A model generated the notes under the pieces. That model ran no database searches. It was not told the DNA's origin and worked only from the letters and a program-made list of their open reading frames with translations. DNA of 64,000 nucleotides, from contig JABDMM010000039.1 of the NCBI GenBank assembly GCA_013001465.1, positions 32,689-96,688 of the forward strand. Direction: 5' to 3'. The stretch comes from Chitinophagales bacterium. Its GTDB lineage: Bacteria > Bacteroidota > Bacteroidia > Chitinophagales > JABDMM01. Of this stretch, positions 10,499 to 20,243 are shown one piece after another (position 1 is the first letter of the stretch; each line of letters opens with the position of its first letter). The position numbers were made by a program, and so were the translations under genes.

Positions 10499-11500
10499 CT
10501 ATGCCCGGATCAATTCAGGAAAAGTACAATAGTGCCGTTTTATCTCTGCCAAAGTGTCCAGAATTTCATGTGGATCCAAAGAAGTGACTAGTCTCATTCG
10601 GTAAGGTTTGATATTCCGAAACCCTTTGAAGTAATTTCCATAGTGTCTTCTCATTTCAAGTATACCAAGGCGCTCGCCTTTCCATTGCAATGATCTTTCG
10701 AAATGCTTTTGACAAACATCCACTCGTTCTTCAACCCCTGGTGGTTCTAGAATGGTGCCATCCAAAAGGAATTGTTTGATCTCTTTAAATATCCATGGAT
10801 TACCAATAGAAGCTCGTCCGATCATAAGACCATCCAAACCGTAGCGGTTTTTATATTCCAAAGCCTTATGCGGACTATCGATATCTCCATTTCCAAAAAC
10901 CGGGATGTGTAATCTGGGATTTTCTTTGACTTTTGCGATCCAGGACCAGTCGGCCTTACCTTTATACATTTGCTTTCTGGTTCGACCGTGAATGGAAATA
11001 GCTTCTATTCCAACGTCCTGTAACATTTCTGCCACCTCTACGATATGTATCGAGTTATCGTCCCAGCCCAATCTTGTCTTAACTGTGACGGGCAGAGAAG
11101 TCGACTTTACTATCGTTTCTGTAAGCTTCACCATTTTCGGAATATCTTTTAATATACCGGCACCGGCGCTTTTGCAAACGACTTTTTTAACAGGGCAGCC
11201 ATAATTGATATCGAGGATATCCGGATTTGAATTTTCTACGATCTCGGCAGATCTTTTCATGGACTCATACTCACTGCCAAAAATCTGAATACCTATTGGT
11301 CGCTCTTCTTCATAAATGTCCAATTTCTGGACGCTTTTATCTGCGTCACGGATAAGGCCTTCGGACGAGATAAACTCGGTGTACATCAGATCTGCACCAT
11401 ACTCTTTACAGGCAACTCTAAACGGTGGGTCGCTGACATCCTCCATAGGAGCCAACAGCAATGGATGATCTCCAAGCTCTATATCTCTAATCCTTACCAT
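10499..11500 (-). CDS. dusB: tRNA-dihydrouridine synthase
   Basis: LLLAPMEDVSDPPFR, NYGCPVKKV and HGRTRKQMY motifs. Confidence 0.93.
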   Translation of the reverse strand: MVRIRDIELGDHPLLLAPMEDVSDPPFRVACKEYGADLMYTEFISSEGLIRDADKSVQKLDIYEEERPIGIQIFGSEYESMKRSAEIVENSNPDILDINYGCPVKKVVCKSAGAGILKDIPKMVKLTETIVKSTSLPVTVKTRLGWDDNSIHIVEVAEMLQDVGIEAISIHGRTRKQMYKGKADWSWIAKVKENPRLHIPVFGNGDIDSPHKALEYKNRYGLDGLMIGRASIGNPWIFKEIKQFLLDGTILEPPGVEERVDVCQKHFERSLQWKGERLGILEMRRHYGNYFKGFRNIKPYRMRLVTSLDPHEILDTLAEIKRHYCTFPELIRA

Positions 11501-11504
11501 TTTG

Positions 11505-11512
11505 CAAAATTA
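11505..11512 (-). promoter_or_regulatory. -7 box TAATTTTG only 4 nt upstream of the dusB ATG
   Basis: Minus strand reads TAATTTTGcaaaATG. Confidence 0.4.
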
Positions 11513-11623
11513 AGAGGTTTTATAAGAGTTAGGTATCATTAACGAAGCGAAATTTTAATTTAAGATAGAGACTTAACAACCTGTATGTGTATTAAGACAC
11601 TAATAGTCTTAAATATATATCAT

Positions 11624-11631
11624 TAGATTTG
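11624..11631 (+). promoter_or_regulatory. -7 box TAGATTTG upstream of the CPBP protease gene
   Basis: TAnnTTTG match 19 nt upstream of the ATG at 11651. A 7-bp palindrome ttaagac/gtcttaa lies just upstream (11592-11612). Confidence 0.45.
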
Positions 11632-11650
11632 CACGTCACCAGTTAAACCT

Positions 11651-12592
11651 ATGACTGATCACAAGGGATTCCTTACAAACAAGCCTTTCATTCTAAAATC
11701 TATCGTGCTGTTATTTTCGATAGGGATTGGCATTATGCTGATGTCTCTTATACTTTATCTGGGAGGCCTTATCTTCTTTCCGGGTACAGATCTATTAAGT
11801 CCTGAAGTCGATGTCGAAAAGCAGTTGAAAAATATAGACTCCACCATTTTCCTTCAGATCTGCTCGCAAGTCTTTCTGATGTTGGTTCCGGCAATCATAT
11901 TTGGCTACTTCATGAGAAATAATGGATTCAGGTATTTGAAAGTTGATAAACTTCCAGGCTGGAAATCGCTTATAATAGCTTTTCTTATTGTTTTCCTTGG
12001 AGGCATAGTAACTCAAACGCTTGTCGAAGTCAACAGAATGATCGATATACCCGACACTTTATTAGGGATAGATCTAAGTGGACTCGAAGAGCGATTTGAC
12101 TACTATCAGGAGCTAAATGAGGAGTTGATGGATGGGTTTTTCAGCATAAAAGACCCTATGGGAATTTTAGCTGTTTTTGTAATGATTGCGATCGTTCCGG
12201 CAATTTCTGAAGAATTCCTCTTTAGAGGAGTAATACAACAACTTCTGATAGAAGGCCGGCATATTGTATTTACAGGTATAATTGTTACTGCTGTGACGTT
12301 TGGACTTATTCATTTTCAGTTCTATAATTTCTTTGGTTTGGTGTTTATGGGAGTTGTTCTTGGGTATCTCTTTTATTATTCCGGTAATTTGTGGTTACCC
12401 ATTATCGCACACTTTTTGAATAATGGTTTACAGGTGATCCTTGTTTATCTCTATGAATTTAACATGATCGAAGTGGACATCGATGAGGTAGAACATATCC
12501 CATACTGGATCAGTGCGATTGCATTTATAGGGCTTATCTATTTTTTGAAAGTATTAAAAAAACATAAAGCAGCGATTGAAAGACTGGACTAG
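11651..12592 (+). CDS. CPBP family intramembrane glutamic endopeptidase (CAAX protease-like)
   Basis: Polytopic membrane protein with the EEFLFRG motif and downstream HF/HFLNN His motifs. Confidence 0.85.
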   Translation: MTDHKGFLTNKPFILKSIVLLFSIGIGIMLMSLILYLGGLIFFPGTDLLSPEVDVEKQLKNIDSTIFLQICSQVFLMLVPAIIFGYFMRNNGFRYLKVDKLPGWKSLIIAFLIVFLGGIVTQTLVEVNRMIDIPDTLLGIDLSGLEERFDYYQELNEELMDGFFSIKDPMGILAVFVMIAIVPAISEEFLFRGVIQQLLIEGRHIVFTGIIVTAVTFGLIHFQFYNFFGLVFMGVVLGYLFYYSGNLWLPIIAHFLNNGLQVILVYLYEFNMIEVDIDEVEHIPYWISAIAFIGLIYFLKVLKKHKAAIERLD

Positions 12593-12779
12593 AATATATT
12601 CCACACCGGATAGTTATTTGGCTCAAATAATTAAAGGGAACATCGAAGAACATGGGATCGAATGTGTATTAATCAATAAACAAGGTTCACCATATAACAT
12701 TCTTGGAGATGTAGAAGTCTATGTACATAAAGAAAACGTTTTGAAAGCGATCAAAATCCTAAAAGAGCATAATCAATGA
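12576..12779 (+). CDS. Small DUF2007-like protein (putative signal-transducing fold)
   Basis: 67 aa with a W..IY....Y.A.I.KG.LE..GI pattern. TTG start. Overlaps the upstream gene by 17 nt and cdsA by 4 nt (ATGA). Confidence 0.65.
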   Translation: MKDWTRIYSTPDSYLAQIIKGNIEEHGIECVLINKQGSPYNILGDVEVYVHKENVLKAIKILKEHNQ

Positions 12780-13597
12780 AAGACCTTTTACCCAGAGCGA
12801 TTTCAGGATTTGTTTTTGGTGTGATCATCATCGTCGGGGTAATATTTCATCCATACTTATTTGCAGCAGTGATCTTGATAGTTGGGACGATCAGTCTGCT
12901 TGAGTTCCAAAGGATGACATCTTCGATTTGCTACTACCCTTTAAGTTTGAAGATCCTTTATATTGTTTCTTTCCTGGCTATTTTTCTGGTCTCTTTTCTT
13001 GTGACCAATAAAGTAATTTCGAGTACTTGTTTAACTATTATACCTGCCATCCTTTTCCTTCCATTTATACTTGAGTTATACAACAAAAAGCCGGATCCGT
13101 TGATCAGACCTGCACTTGGAGTGCTTAGTACTGCTTATATCATCTTTCCTCTTTGCCTTGCAAATTTAATTGCGTTTCCGGATCTCTCAGAATTCAATGG
13201 CTATAACTTATTGGCAATTATACTTTTAACTTGGGTAACAGATATTTTTGCTTACCTGATAGGGAGTAATTTTGGTAAAAATCCACTGTTTAAAAGGGTC
13301 TCACCTAAAAAGTCTATCGAGGGTTTTATTGGAGGGGCTATATTCTGTTTAGCATCGAGTTTCTTGATCTATAAGATTTTACCTGTTGATTTTACACAGG
13401 TGGACTGGGTATTTCTCGCATTGATCGTTATTGTTTTTGGGACTATCGGAGATCTTGTAGAGTCTATGATGAAGCGAAAGTTGGAGATCAAAGACAGTGG
13501 AAGTATCATGCCGGGGCATGGTGGGTTGCTGGACAGGTTCGATGCATTATTCTTTATTTTACCATTTGCAGCCATATATATCCTTATTTTTACATAA
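12776..13597 (+). CDS. cdsA: Phosphatidate cytidylyltransferase
   Basis: SPKKSIEGFIGG and GHGGLLDRFDALFF signature, polytopic. Confidence 0.93.
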   Translation: MKDLLPRAISGFVFGVIIIVGVIFHPYLFAAVILIVGTISLLEFQRMTSSICYYPLSLKILYIVSFLAIFLVSFLVTNKVISSTCLTIIPAILFLPFILELYNKKPDPLIRPALGVLSTAYIIFPLCLANLIAFPDLSEFNGYNLLAIILLTWVTDIFAYLIGSNFGKNPLFKRVSPKKSIEGFIGGAIFCLASSFLIYKILPVDFTQVDWVFLALIVIVFGTIGDLVESMMKRKLEIKDSGSIMPGHGGLLDRFDALFFILPFAAIYILIFT

Positions 13598-13602
13598 CAA
13601 TT

Positions 13603-14988
13603 ATGAGTATGGAAATGACAGAAGCCAAGAGCAAGCAAAAAGATAATGGTACTCTTTTCAGCCAGTTTATGGAAAATGTTCGATCTAAGAATGAACATGA
13701 AGCGAAATTTATCCAGGCTGTGAGTGAAGTCGTGGAATATGTTGCTCCGTTTATACAAGAAAAAGATTATTATCAAAATGAGAGCATCCTTCAAAGGATA
13801 ATTGAGCCCGAGCGTACTGTAATTTTCAGAGTTCCCTGGATCGGGGATGATGGCAAATTTCATGTGAACAGAGGGTTCAGGGTTGAAATGAACAGTGCTA
13901 TCGGGCCATATAAAGGTGGACTTCGATTTCATCCCTCAGTAAATCTTGATGCATTGAAATTTCTTGCTTTTGAGCAGATCTTCAAAAATAGCCTTACCGG
14001 TTTACCGATGGGAGCAGGAAAAGGTGGTTCAGACTTCGATCCAAAAGGCAAAAGCGACAACGAGGTAATGCGATTTTGCCAAAGCTTTATGAGTGAGCTG
14101 TTCCGGCATATTGGTGCAAACACAGATGTACCTGCCGGTGATATTGGTGTTGGAGGCAGAGAGATCGGATATTTGTTTGGTCAATACAAAAGATTAAAAA
14201 ATGAATTTACCGGGGTATTGACCGGCAAAGGAGTTGATTGGGGTGGAAGTCTTATAAGACCTGAAGCTACTGGCTATGGTTGCGTTTATTTTGCTGATTT
14301 TATGTTGCACCGCATTGGAGACAACTTCAGAAATAAAAGTGTTGTGATATCAGGTTCAGGAAATGTTGCCCAATATGCAGCAGAAAAATCCATACACCTG
14401 GGAGCTAAAGTGATCACTTTATCGGACTCGTCAGGTTACATTCACGATCCGGATGGTGTAGATGAGGATAAACTGGATTTTGTGAAAGAATTGAAAAATG
14501 TTAAACGAGGTAGGATCAAAGAATACACCCGGAAATATAGTAATTCCAAGTATTTTGAAGGAGAAAATCCATGGTCGCAAAAATGCGATATCGCATTACC
14601 ATGTGCGATCGAGAATGAGCTAAATAAAAATGATGCTAAAGACCTGATATCGAATGGTTGTAAAATTGTTGCTGAAGGTGCTAATATGCCTGTGACACTT
14701 GAAGGAATTGAAGCATTTCTTGAGGCAAATGTAATATATGCACCTGGAAAGGCCTCGAATGCCGGTGGTGTAGCAGTTTCGGGCTTAGAAATGAGTCAGA
14801 ATTCGATGCGTGTCAACTGGTCTAAGGATGAAGTTGATAAAAGACTCCATGACATTATGTTACAAATTCACAATATCTGTGTGAAATATGGAAAAGAATC
14901 CGGAGATACTGTAAATTACGTGAAAGGAGCTAATATTGGAGGCTTCGTGCGTGTTGCCGATGCAATGATCGCACAAGGATTAGTGTGA
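13603..14988 (+). CDS. gdhA: Glutamate dehydrogenase (NADP-type)
   Basis: KGGLRFHPSVN, GAGKGGSDFDPKG and GSGNVAQYAAEK motifs. Confidence 0.96.
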   Translation: MSMEMTEAKSKQKDNGTLFSQFMENVRSKNEHEAKFIQAVSEVVEYVAPFIQEKDYYQNESILQRIIEPERTVIFRVPWIGDDGKFHVNRGFRVEMNSAIGPYKGGLRFHPSVNLDALKFLAFEQIFKNSLTGLPMGAGKGGSDFDPKGKSDNEVMRFCQSFMSELFRHIGANTDVPAGDIGVGGREIGYLFGQYKRLKNEFTGVLTGKGVDWGGSLIRPEATGYGCVYFADFMLHRIGDNFRNKSVVISGSGNVAQYAAEKSIHLGAKVITLSDSSGYIHDPDGVDEDKLDFVKELKNVKRGRIKEYTRKYSNSKYFEGENPWSQKCDIALPCAIENELNKNDAKDLISNGCKIVAEGANMPVTLEGIEAFLEANVIYAPGKASNAGGVAVSGLEMSQNSMRVNWSKDEVDKRLHDIMLQIHNICVKYGKESGDTVNYVKGANIGGFVRVADAMIAQGLV

Positions 14989-15036
14989 TTTTGAACTTTT
15001 TTGGATTATCTTCGTTTTTCAATCAGTTAAGTAATT

Positions 15037-15708
15037 GTGCGTACCTATATAATACATAAAGAAGGTCACAAAATACTACTCACCCTCGGAACGTTTATAA
15101 TTGCTGTGAACGGTGTGGTTGAGATGGTATGGCCATCACTGAACGCAGTGCAAATTTCACTGTTGTTAGCCTCTATTCTTATCTTGTTCTCTGTAGCAGC
15201 ATTTTTTAGGATCCCCAAGCGTATCTATCACTTTAATGATGATTTGATCATAGCTCCGGCAGATGGAAAAATTGTAGCTATAGAAGAAGTTGAAGAACCA
15301 GAGTATTTTAAAGACAAACGTTTATTAGTATCTATTTTCATGTCTCCTACAAACGTGCACGTAAACAGGAATCCGATTTCTGGTATTGTCAAATACATAA
15401 AGTATCATCCAGGGAAATATCTCGTTGCCTGGCATCCAAAATCTTCGGACAAGAATGAACGTAACAGCGTTGTTATCGAACACCCTGAAAGTGAATTCGA
15501 AGTTCTGGTAAGACAAATTGCCGGAAAACTTGCACGACGGATCGTACACTATTTGGAAGAAGGTGACGTTGTAAAGCAAAATTCTGAACTTGGATTTATC
15601 AAATTCGGAAGCCGTATCGATCTTTTCTTACCGATCAGCACAAAGGTGAATATTCAACTTAAGCAGAAAGTGAAAGGTGGAAAGACAGTGATAGGTAAAG
15701 TTGAATAA
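15037..15708 (+). CDS. psd: Phosphatidylserine decarboxylase proenzyme
   Basis: Short Bacteroidota-type Psd with two N-terminal TM helices. FIKFGSRIDLF corresponds to the G-S cleavage region. GTG start. Confidence 0.88.
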   Translation: MRTYIIHKEGHKILLTLGTFIIAVNGVVEMVWPSLNAVQISLLLASILILFSVAAFFRIPKRIYHFNDDLIIAPADGKIVAIEEVEEPEYFKDKRLLVSIFMSPTNVHVNRNPISGIVKYIKYHPGKYLVAWHPKSSDKNERNSVVIEHPESEFEVLVRQIAGKLARRIVHYLEEGDVVKQNSELGFIKFGSRIDLFLPISTKVNIQLKQKVKGGKTVIGKVE

Positions 15709-15747
15709 TTTGTATATTTAATAATTCTTAATAAAATTTCTCGTAAT

Positions 15748-16155
15748 ATGAAAAGAATCTCACTTGTAATAGCTATGATAGCTATGATTTCTGTTGGAAT
15801 AAATGCTCAGGAAACACAGACATTTGAACAGAAGACTGTTGAAAAGGTTGAAGTAAATACTATCGATTTTGAAAAAGCAGCAAAGGAAAAAATTGACAAC
15901 AGAAAAGAAGTTGTAAAGGACACTGAAACTAAGAAAGTTGAAGTAACAAAAGCGGTGAGTAAGCCGGACATGGAAGAAGAGCCTAAGCAGTCTTCCACAA
16001 AAGGATCTTGCTCAGATAAAGCAAAATACGCAAGCTCTAAGAAAAAAGCTGGATGCTGTGCATCAAAAAAAGCTCAGGCAGCTTGTGCATCAAAAAAGAA
16101 ATCAGCATCTACTTCTACATCTACTACTACAAAAAGTGTTGGTGTAGCTCAGTAA
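15748..16155 (+). CDS. Secreted Lys/Glu-rich low-complexity protein with C-terminal Cys/Lys cluster
   Basis: Signal peptide MKRISLVIAMIAMISVGINAQ and a C-terminal GSCSDKAKYASSKKKAGCCASKKAQAACASKKK. Followed by a strong terminator. Confidence 0.65.
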   Translation: MKRISLVIAMIAMISVGINAQETQTFEQKTVEKVEVNTIDFEKAAKEKIDNRKEVVKDTETKKVEVTKAVSKPDMEEEPKQSSTKGSCSDKAKYASSKKKAGCCASKKAQAACASKKKSASTSTSTTTKSVGVAQ

Positions 16156-16177
16156 ATCGATTTTACTTTATAAAATG

Positions 16178-16207
16178 AAGCCTCAACAATTGTTGGGGCT
16201 TTTTTTT
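16178..16207 (+). terminator. Rho-independent terminator
   Basis: Stem aagcctcaaca / tgttggggctt (one G-U pair) followed by a T8 run. Confidence 0.8.
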
Positions 16208-16208
16208 G

Positions 16209-16907
16209 TTACAGGATGTTCAGGATCTCTCCGAGTTGGCGAACTTCATAGGTTACTTCCTCTTCGTGTGGTCTGCCGCTTGAGTTAAGATAGATCTGAT
16301 CGATTCCTACTGACTTAGCCCCTAATATATCCGCTTCCAGGTTATCTCCTACCATTATAGAATCAGATGAGTTTGCCGAACTAAGATCTAAAGCGTGTTT
16401 GAATACTTTTGGATGTGGTTTATGCTTTCCTACATCTTCACTAACAATGATATTTTCGAAGTAAGGAAGAATACCGGAATGGCTGAGTTTTCTGAATTGT
16501 ATTTCCCTAAACCCATTTGTGATGATATGGAGATCATAACTTTCATTCAGATAATTCAACAGCTCCAATGCAGAAGTTATCAGGTGCTTTTGCTGCGACA
16601 TCTTGTCGATGTAGCTTAGCGATATCTGATCATAAACCTCTTCTTCAAATCTAATATTTAAGGAGGTAAACGTGTTTTTAAATCGGTTCTTTCGAAGGTT
16701 CTCTTTGCTTACCTTGTAGTTTCTATACTTTTTCCAGAATTTTCTATTGATTATGATGTAACGGTCGATGAATTCCTCAACATGAACATTGAAGGACTCA
16801 ATTTTGTGTTCATCATAAATTTCAAACAATGCTTCTCTGGTATTTAGATCATGATCCCAAAGTGTATGATCGAGATCAAAAAATATGTGCTTGTATTTAC
16901 TTGGCAT
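16209..16907 (-). CDS. HAD-superfamily hydrolase (YjjG-like nucleotidase subfamily)
   Basis: DLDHTLWD (DxDxT) motif I, ITNG, and GDNLEADILGA motif IV. I prefer the ATG at 16907, which overlaps the end of mce by 11 nt. Confidence 0.85.
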   Translation of the reverse strand: MPSKYKHIFFDLDHTLWDHDLNTREALFEIYDEHKIESFNVHVEEFIDRYIIINRKFWKKYRNYKVSKENLRKNRFKNTFTSLNIRFEEEVYDQISLSYIDKMSQQKHLITSALELLNYLNESYDLHIITNGFREIQFRKLSHSGILPYFENIIVSEDVGKHKPHPKVFKHALDLSSANSSDSIMVGDNLEADILGAKSVGIDQIYLNSSGRPHEEEVTYEVRQLGEILNIL

Positions 16908-17298
16908 CGATCTCAGCACAAAGTTCAAGTAAAACACCATTGGTGCTTTTCGGGTGAAAAAAGAATACCATTTTGTTATCAGCGCCTCTTGCAGGTTCCT
17001 TCATGATCGGTTTAAAACCTTCAGAGATCAATCTATCTATTTCAGACTGAAGATCATCGACCAGAAAAGCGATGTGATGGATACCCTCGCCTTTTTTCTC
17101 TAAATATCTTTGAATATCAGGAGTTTCGGAAGAAAACAACTCTATCTTACTTTCACCCATCATAAAGAATGAAGTCACGATATCGGAATTGGGAACTTCC
17201 TCCATTTTATAAGGCTCCCGATTCAAAAGCTTTGTAAAAAGCGCATTCGATGCTTCTAAATCCTTCACTACAATACCTAAATGTTCTATTTTGAGCAT
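16897..17298 (-). CDS. mce: Methylmalonyl-CoA epimerase (VOC/glyoxalase fold)
   Basis: 133 aa. The pattern IEHLGIVVKDLE...IHHIAFLVDDL...HPKSTNGVLLEL is typical of the family. Confidence 0.85.
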   Translation of the reverse strand: MLKIEHLGIVVKDLEASNALFTKLLNREPYKMEEVPNSDIVTSFFMMGESKIELFSSETPDIQRYLEKKGEGIHHIAFLVDDLQSEIDRLISEGFKPIMKEPARGADNKMVFFFHPKSTNGVLLELCAEIDAK

Positions 17299-17315
17299 AT
17301 TAGTAATATTTTATC

Positions 17316-17323
17316 CAAAAATA
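17316..17323 (-). promoter_or_regulatory. -7 box TATTTTTG upstream of mce
   Basis: TAnnTTTG match on the minus strand, 17 nt upstream of the ATG at 17298. Confidence 0.45.
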
Positions 17324-17362
17324 AAGCCTTTTGAAATGATAGTTAGAACTGAACAGATTCTG

Positions 17363-17370
17363 TACTTTTG
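17363..17370 (+). promoter_or_regulatory. -7 box TACTTTTG upstream of the Fe-S carrier gene
   Basis: TAnnTTTG match 25 nt upstream of the ATG at 17396. Confidence 0.45.
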
Positions 17371-17395
17371 ACGTTCACTTTTGAAAGCAGCAAAG

Positions 17396-17722
17396 ATGTT
17401 ATTTGTATCCGACACAGCAAAAGAAAGAATTCAACAGATCATTACTGATAATTCTTACGACGAGAATTACTTTATCAGAGTTTCTGTATTGGGTGGCGGT
17501 TGTTCCGGTCTGACCTATCAAATGGACTTTGACAATAAGATAAAAGAAGAAGACCAGATCTTTAACGACAAAGGGATAAAGCTAGTAACAGATCTGCGTA
17601 GTTTTCTTTACATCTGCAATACGACATTAGACTTTTCGGAAGGGTTGAATGGGAAAGGGTTTCACTTCGTCAATCCCAATGCTCAGCGCACATGTTCATG
17701 TGGCGATAGCTTTGCGATATAG
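17396..17722 (+). CDS. Iron-sulfur cluster insertion/carrier protein (HesB/IscA/ErpA family)
   Basis: GGGCSG and the C-terminal CSCGDSF cysteine triad. I prefer the ATG at 17396 over the TTG at 17381. Confidence 0.9.
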   Translation: MLFVSDTAKERIQQIITDNSYDENYFIRVSVLGGGCSGLTYQMDFDNKIKEEDQIFNDKGIKLVTDLRSFLYICNTTLDFSEGLNGKGFHFVNPNAQRTCSCGDSFAI

Positions 17723-18838
17723 TGATCTCGCAAGCTTCCATCTTCTCAGGAAAAGAATAGAACAAATCACCATTAGAATTGATAAAAGCAAATTCATCCA
17801 GTGTTTAGCAAAAAATATCGCGACTTTTGCTTCAATGATCTCGTTCTTTACCTCTGAAGTCTTGTAATTAGTCGATAAAAGCTTTTTATAATCACCGATA
17901 GCTCCTTCAATTCTGCCAAGATTTTCATAAGATTTTGCCCTGAAATAATGCGCCTGGCCTAAAGCAATGCCACTCTCGATTGCTTTACTTAAATGGAAAA
18001 CAGATTTTTCAAAATCACCCACTTCAAATTGGACAAGACCTAAATTGTAGTGCAGATCTTTATTCTCCGGATCTATTGAAATAGCTTCGTTAAACAATTC
18101 CACTGAGTTTTCTATATCTCCGGCTAAGAAGTAAGTAAGTCCTAAATTTTGTAATACGTGAACTGAAGTTCTATCAAATTCCAGATACTTGCCATAATTC
18201 TTTTCGGCCATTGATAGATCATTCCTTTCAAAATACAGATCACCCAGTGCCCAATAGACCTCTTTGAAATTTGGACTCTTTGAGAGACATTTGTTCAGAT
18301 CTAGCAAGGCATTGTTGAAGTTACCTTCATCACTATATAATCTACCTCTATCGTAGTAGTAATCGGCATTACCTTCATGCTGACCTATAGCTAAATTAAG
18401 ATCCAGTATTGCGTTTGTTCTATCGCCGGATCTTTCATAGCATTTTGCCCGCAAAGCATGCGCTTCTGTGTATCCTTCCATAAGAGCAATAGACATATTT
18501 AAGTCCTCGATAGCCTTCTCGTAATTGGCATTCTCAAAGTGAATGATCGCTCTGTTATAAAACGCATGGGGATCAAACTCGAAGAGTGAAATTGAAAGAT
18601 TCAGATCTTTGAGCGCTCCTTCCTTATCGGAAAAATTGTACTTCGCAAGAGCTCTGTTATAAAGCAAACTTGGATTATGCTGATCAGCATCGATAAGTTT
18701 ATTGAAATTATCTATTGACTGCTCATAATTAGAAGACTTCAGGCTTTTGTAAGCCTTCTTGAAAGTCTCTAGTTGATTCAAAGAAAATGCGCTGTTTGCT
18801 AAAAGCAAAACAAGCACGACTGTTATAACCCTTTTCAT
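17696..18838 (-). CDS. TPR-repeat protein with signal peptide and C-terminal TM anchor
   Basis: Multiple 34-aa TPR units (A...Y..RA....G....A..D...AI). ATGA overlap with the glyA stop. Confidence 0.8.
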   Translation of the reverse strand: MKRVITVVLVLLLANSAFSLNQLETFKKAYKSLKSSNYEQSIDNFNKLIDADQHNPSLLYNRALAKYNFSDKEGALKDLNLSISLFEFDPHAFYNRAIIHFENANYEKAIEDLNMSIALMEGYTEAHALRAKCYERSGDRTNAILDLNLAIGQHEGNADYYYDRGRLYSDEGNFNNALLDLNKCLSKSPNFKEVYWALGDLYFERNDLSMAEKNYGKYLEFDRTSVHVLQNLGLTYFLAGDIENSVELFNEAISIDPENKDLHYNLGLVQFEVGDFEKSVFHLSKAIESGIALGQAHYFRAKSYENLGRIEGAIGDYKKLLSTNYKTSEVKNEIIEAKVAIFFAKHWMNLLLSILMVICSILFLRRWKLARSLYRKAIAT

Positions 18839-20124
18839 ACCACCTCCATTTTTTCTTCATAAAGTGGGAAGTCCTTCATGAAGTTATTGACATCGTTTCG
18901 GGTTGAATTGATTAAATCCTGATTATCAGGATCCGATAAAAGTTGATCGATCCAATTAACAATTGTCTCCATATGCTCTGCCTTCATTCCTCTTGTTGTG
19001 ATAGCTGGAGTACCAATTCTCATACCAGAAGTAACAAAAGGAGACTTATCATCGAAAGGAACCATATTCTTATTGACGGTAATATCGGCCAAACCTAAAG
19101 TATGCTCAGCCTTTTTACCGGTAATTTCTTTTGAACGCAGATCAATGAGCATCAGGTGGTTGTCTGTACCACCAGAAATGATCTGGTAACCTCTATTTAC
19201 AAAACCATTAGCCATTGCTTTTGCATTTGTGATAACGGATTTTGAATAAGCTTTAAACTCATCATCGAGAGCTTCACCGAAACCTACTGCCTTTGCAGCG
19301 ATCACATGCTCAAGCGGGCCACCTTGTGTACCCGGGAATACACCAGAATCAAGAATTGCTGACATTTTACGAATTTCTCCTTTAGGATTTTTAAGACCGA
19401 AAGGATTATCAAAATCCTGACCCATCATAATGACTCCTCCACGAGGACCGCGAAGTGTTTTATGAGTTGTACTCGTAATAATATGGCAATGAGGAAGCGG
19501 ATCGTTTAAAAATCCGGATGCAATCAATCCTGCAGGATGTGAAATATCAGCCAGCAGGATAGCGCCAACCTTATCGGCAATATTTCTGAACCTTTCATAA
19601 TCCCAATCTCTGGAATATGCGGAAGCACCACAAATGATCAGTTTAGGTTGTTCTTTGGTAGCTATGTCCTCAACTTTATTCATATCGATCCTGCCACTAT
19701 CCTTTTCTACACCATAAAAAGTTGGTTTGTAGAGTTTTCCGGAAAAATTGACAGAAGAACCATGAGTCAGGTGTCCTCCATGTGAAAGATCAAAACCAAG
19801 AATAGTATCACCCGGTTTTATTACTGCCAACATAACCGCCGCATTCGCTTGAGCTCCTGAATGAGGTTGAACATTTGCCCATGCAGCTCCAAAAAGACGT
19901 TTTACTCTGTCGATAGCAAGATTTTCTGCTTCATCCACAAATTCACAGCCACCGTAATATCGCTTTGAAGGAAGACCTTCGGCATACTTGTTTGTAAGGC
20001 AAGAACCCATAGCTTCCATCACCTGCATGGAAGTGAAATTCTCTGAAGCAATCAACTCTATACCGCTACGCTGACGGTCGAGCTCTTTATTAATGATATT
20101 GAATATTTGCGTGTCTCTCTTCAT
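18835..20124 (-). CDS. glyA: Serine hydroxymethyltransferase
   Basis: ELIASENF and [14 protein letters not shown] (PLP lysine) motifs. The start is set at ATG 20124 (MKRDTQIFN...), not at the upstream ORF extension. Confidence 0.96.
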   Translation of the reverse strand: MKRDTQIFNIINKELDRQRSGIELIASENFTSMQVMEAMGSCLTNKYAEGLPSKRYYGGCEFVDEAENLAIDRVKRLFGAAWANVQPHSGAQANAAVMLAVIKPGDTILGFDLSHGGHLTHGSSVNFSGKLYKPTFYGVEKDSGRIDMNKVEDIATKEQPKLIICGASAYSRDWDYERFRNIADKVGAILLADISHPAGLIASGFLNDPLPHCHIITSTTHKTLRGPRGGVIMMGQDFDNPFGLKNPKGEIRKMSAILDSGVFPGTQGGPLEHVIAAKAVGFGEALDDEFKAYSKSVITNAKAMANGFVNRGYQIISGGTDNHLMLIDLRSKEITGKKAEHTLGLADITVNKNMVPFDDKSPFVTSGMRIGTPAITTRGMKAEHMETIVNWIDQLLSDPDNQDLINSTRNDVNNFMKDFPLYEEKMEVV

Positions 20125-20142
20125 ATAAGAATATCTAAAAGA

Positions 20143-20150
20143 CAAAAATA
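20143..20150 (-). promoter_or_regulatory. -7 box TATTTTTG upstream of glyA
   Basis: TAnnTTTG match on the minus strand, 18 nt upstream of ATG 20124. Confidence 0.4.
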
Positions 20151-20243
20151 CGGTGAAATATATCAAAAAACGACAATATATTAAATAAAATTAAATATGT
20201 TGATAAGAGGAGGTAGAAATGTTAGTATTCTTATTTTCATCGG

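Noticed and set aside
13369-13932. A 187-aa minus-strand ORF spanning the cdsA/gdhA junction.
   Set aside because: It is antisense to two well-supported conserved genes, has no recognisable motifs and has an atypical composition.
20125-20166. An upstream extension of the glyA ORF ([14 protein letters not shown]...).
   Set aside because: SHMT orthologs begin near MKRDTQIF. A -7 box at 20143-20150 lies inside the extension.
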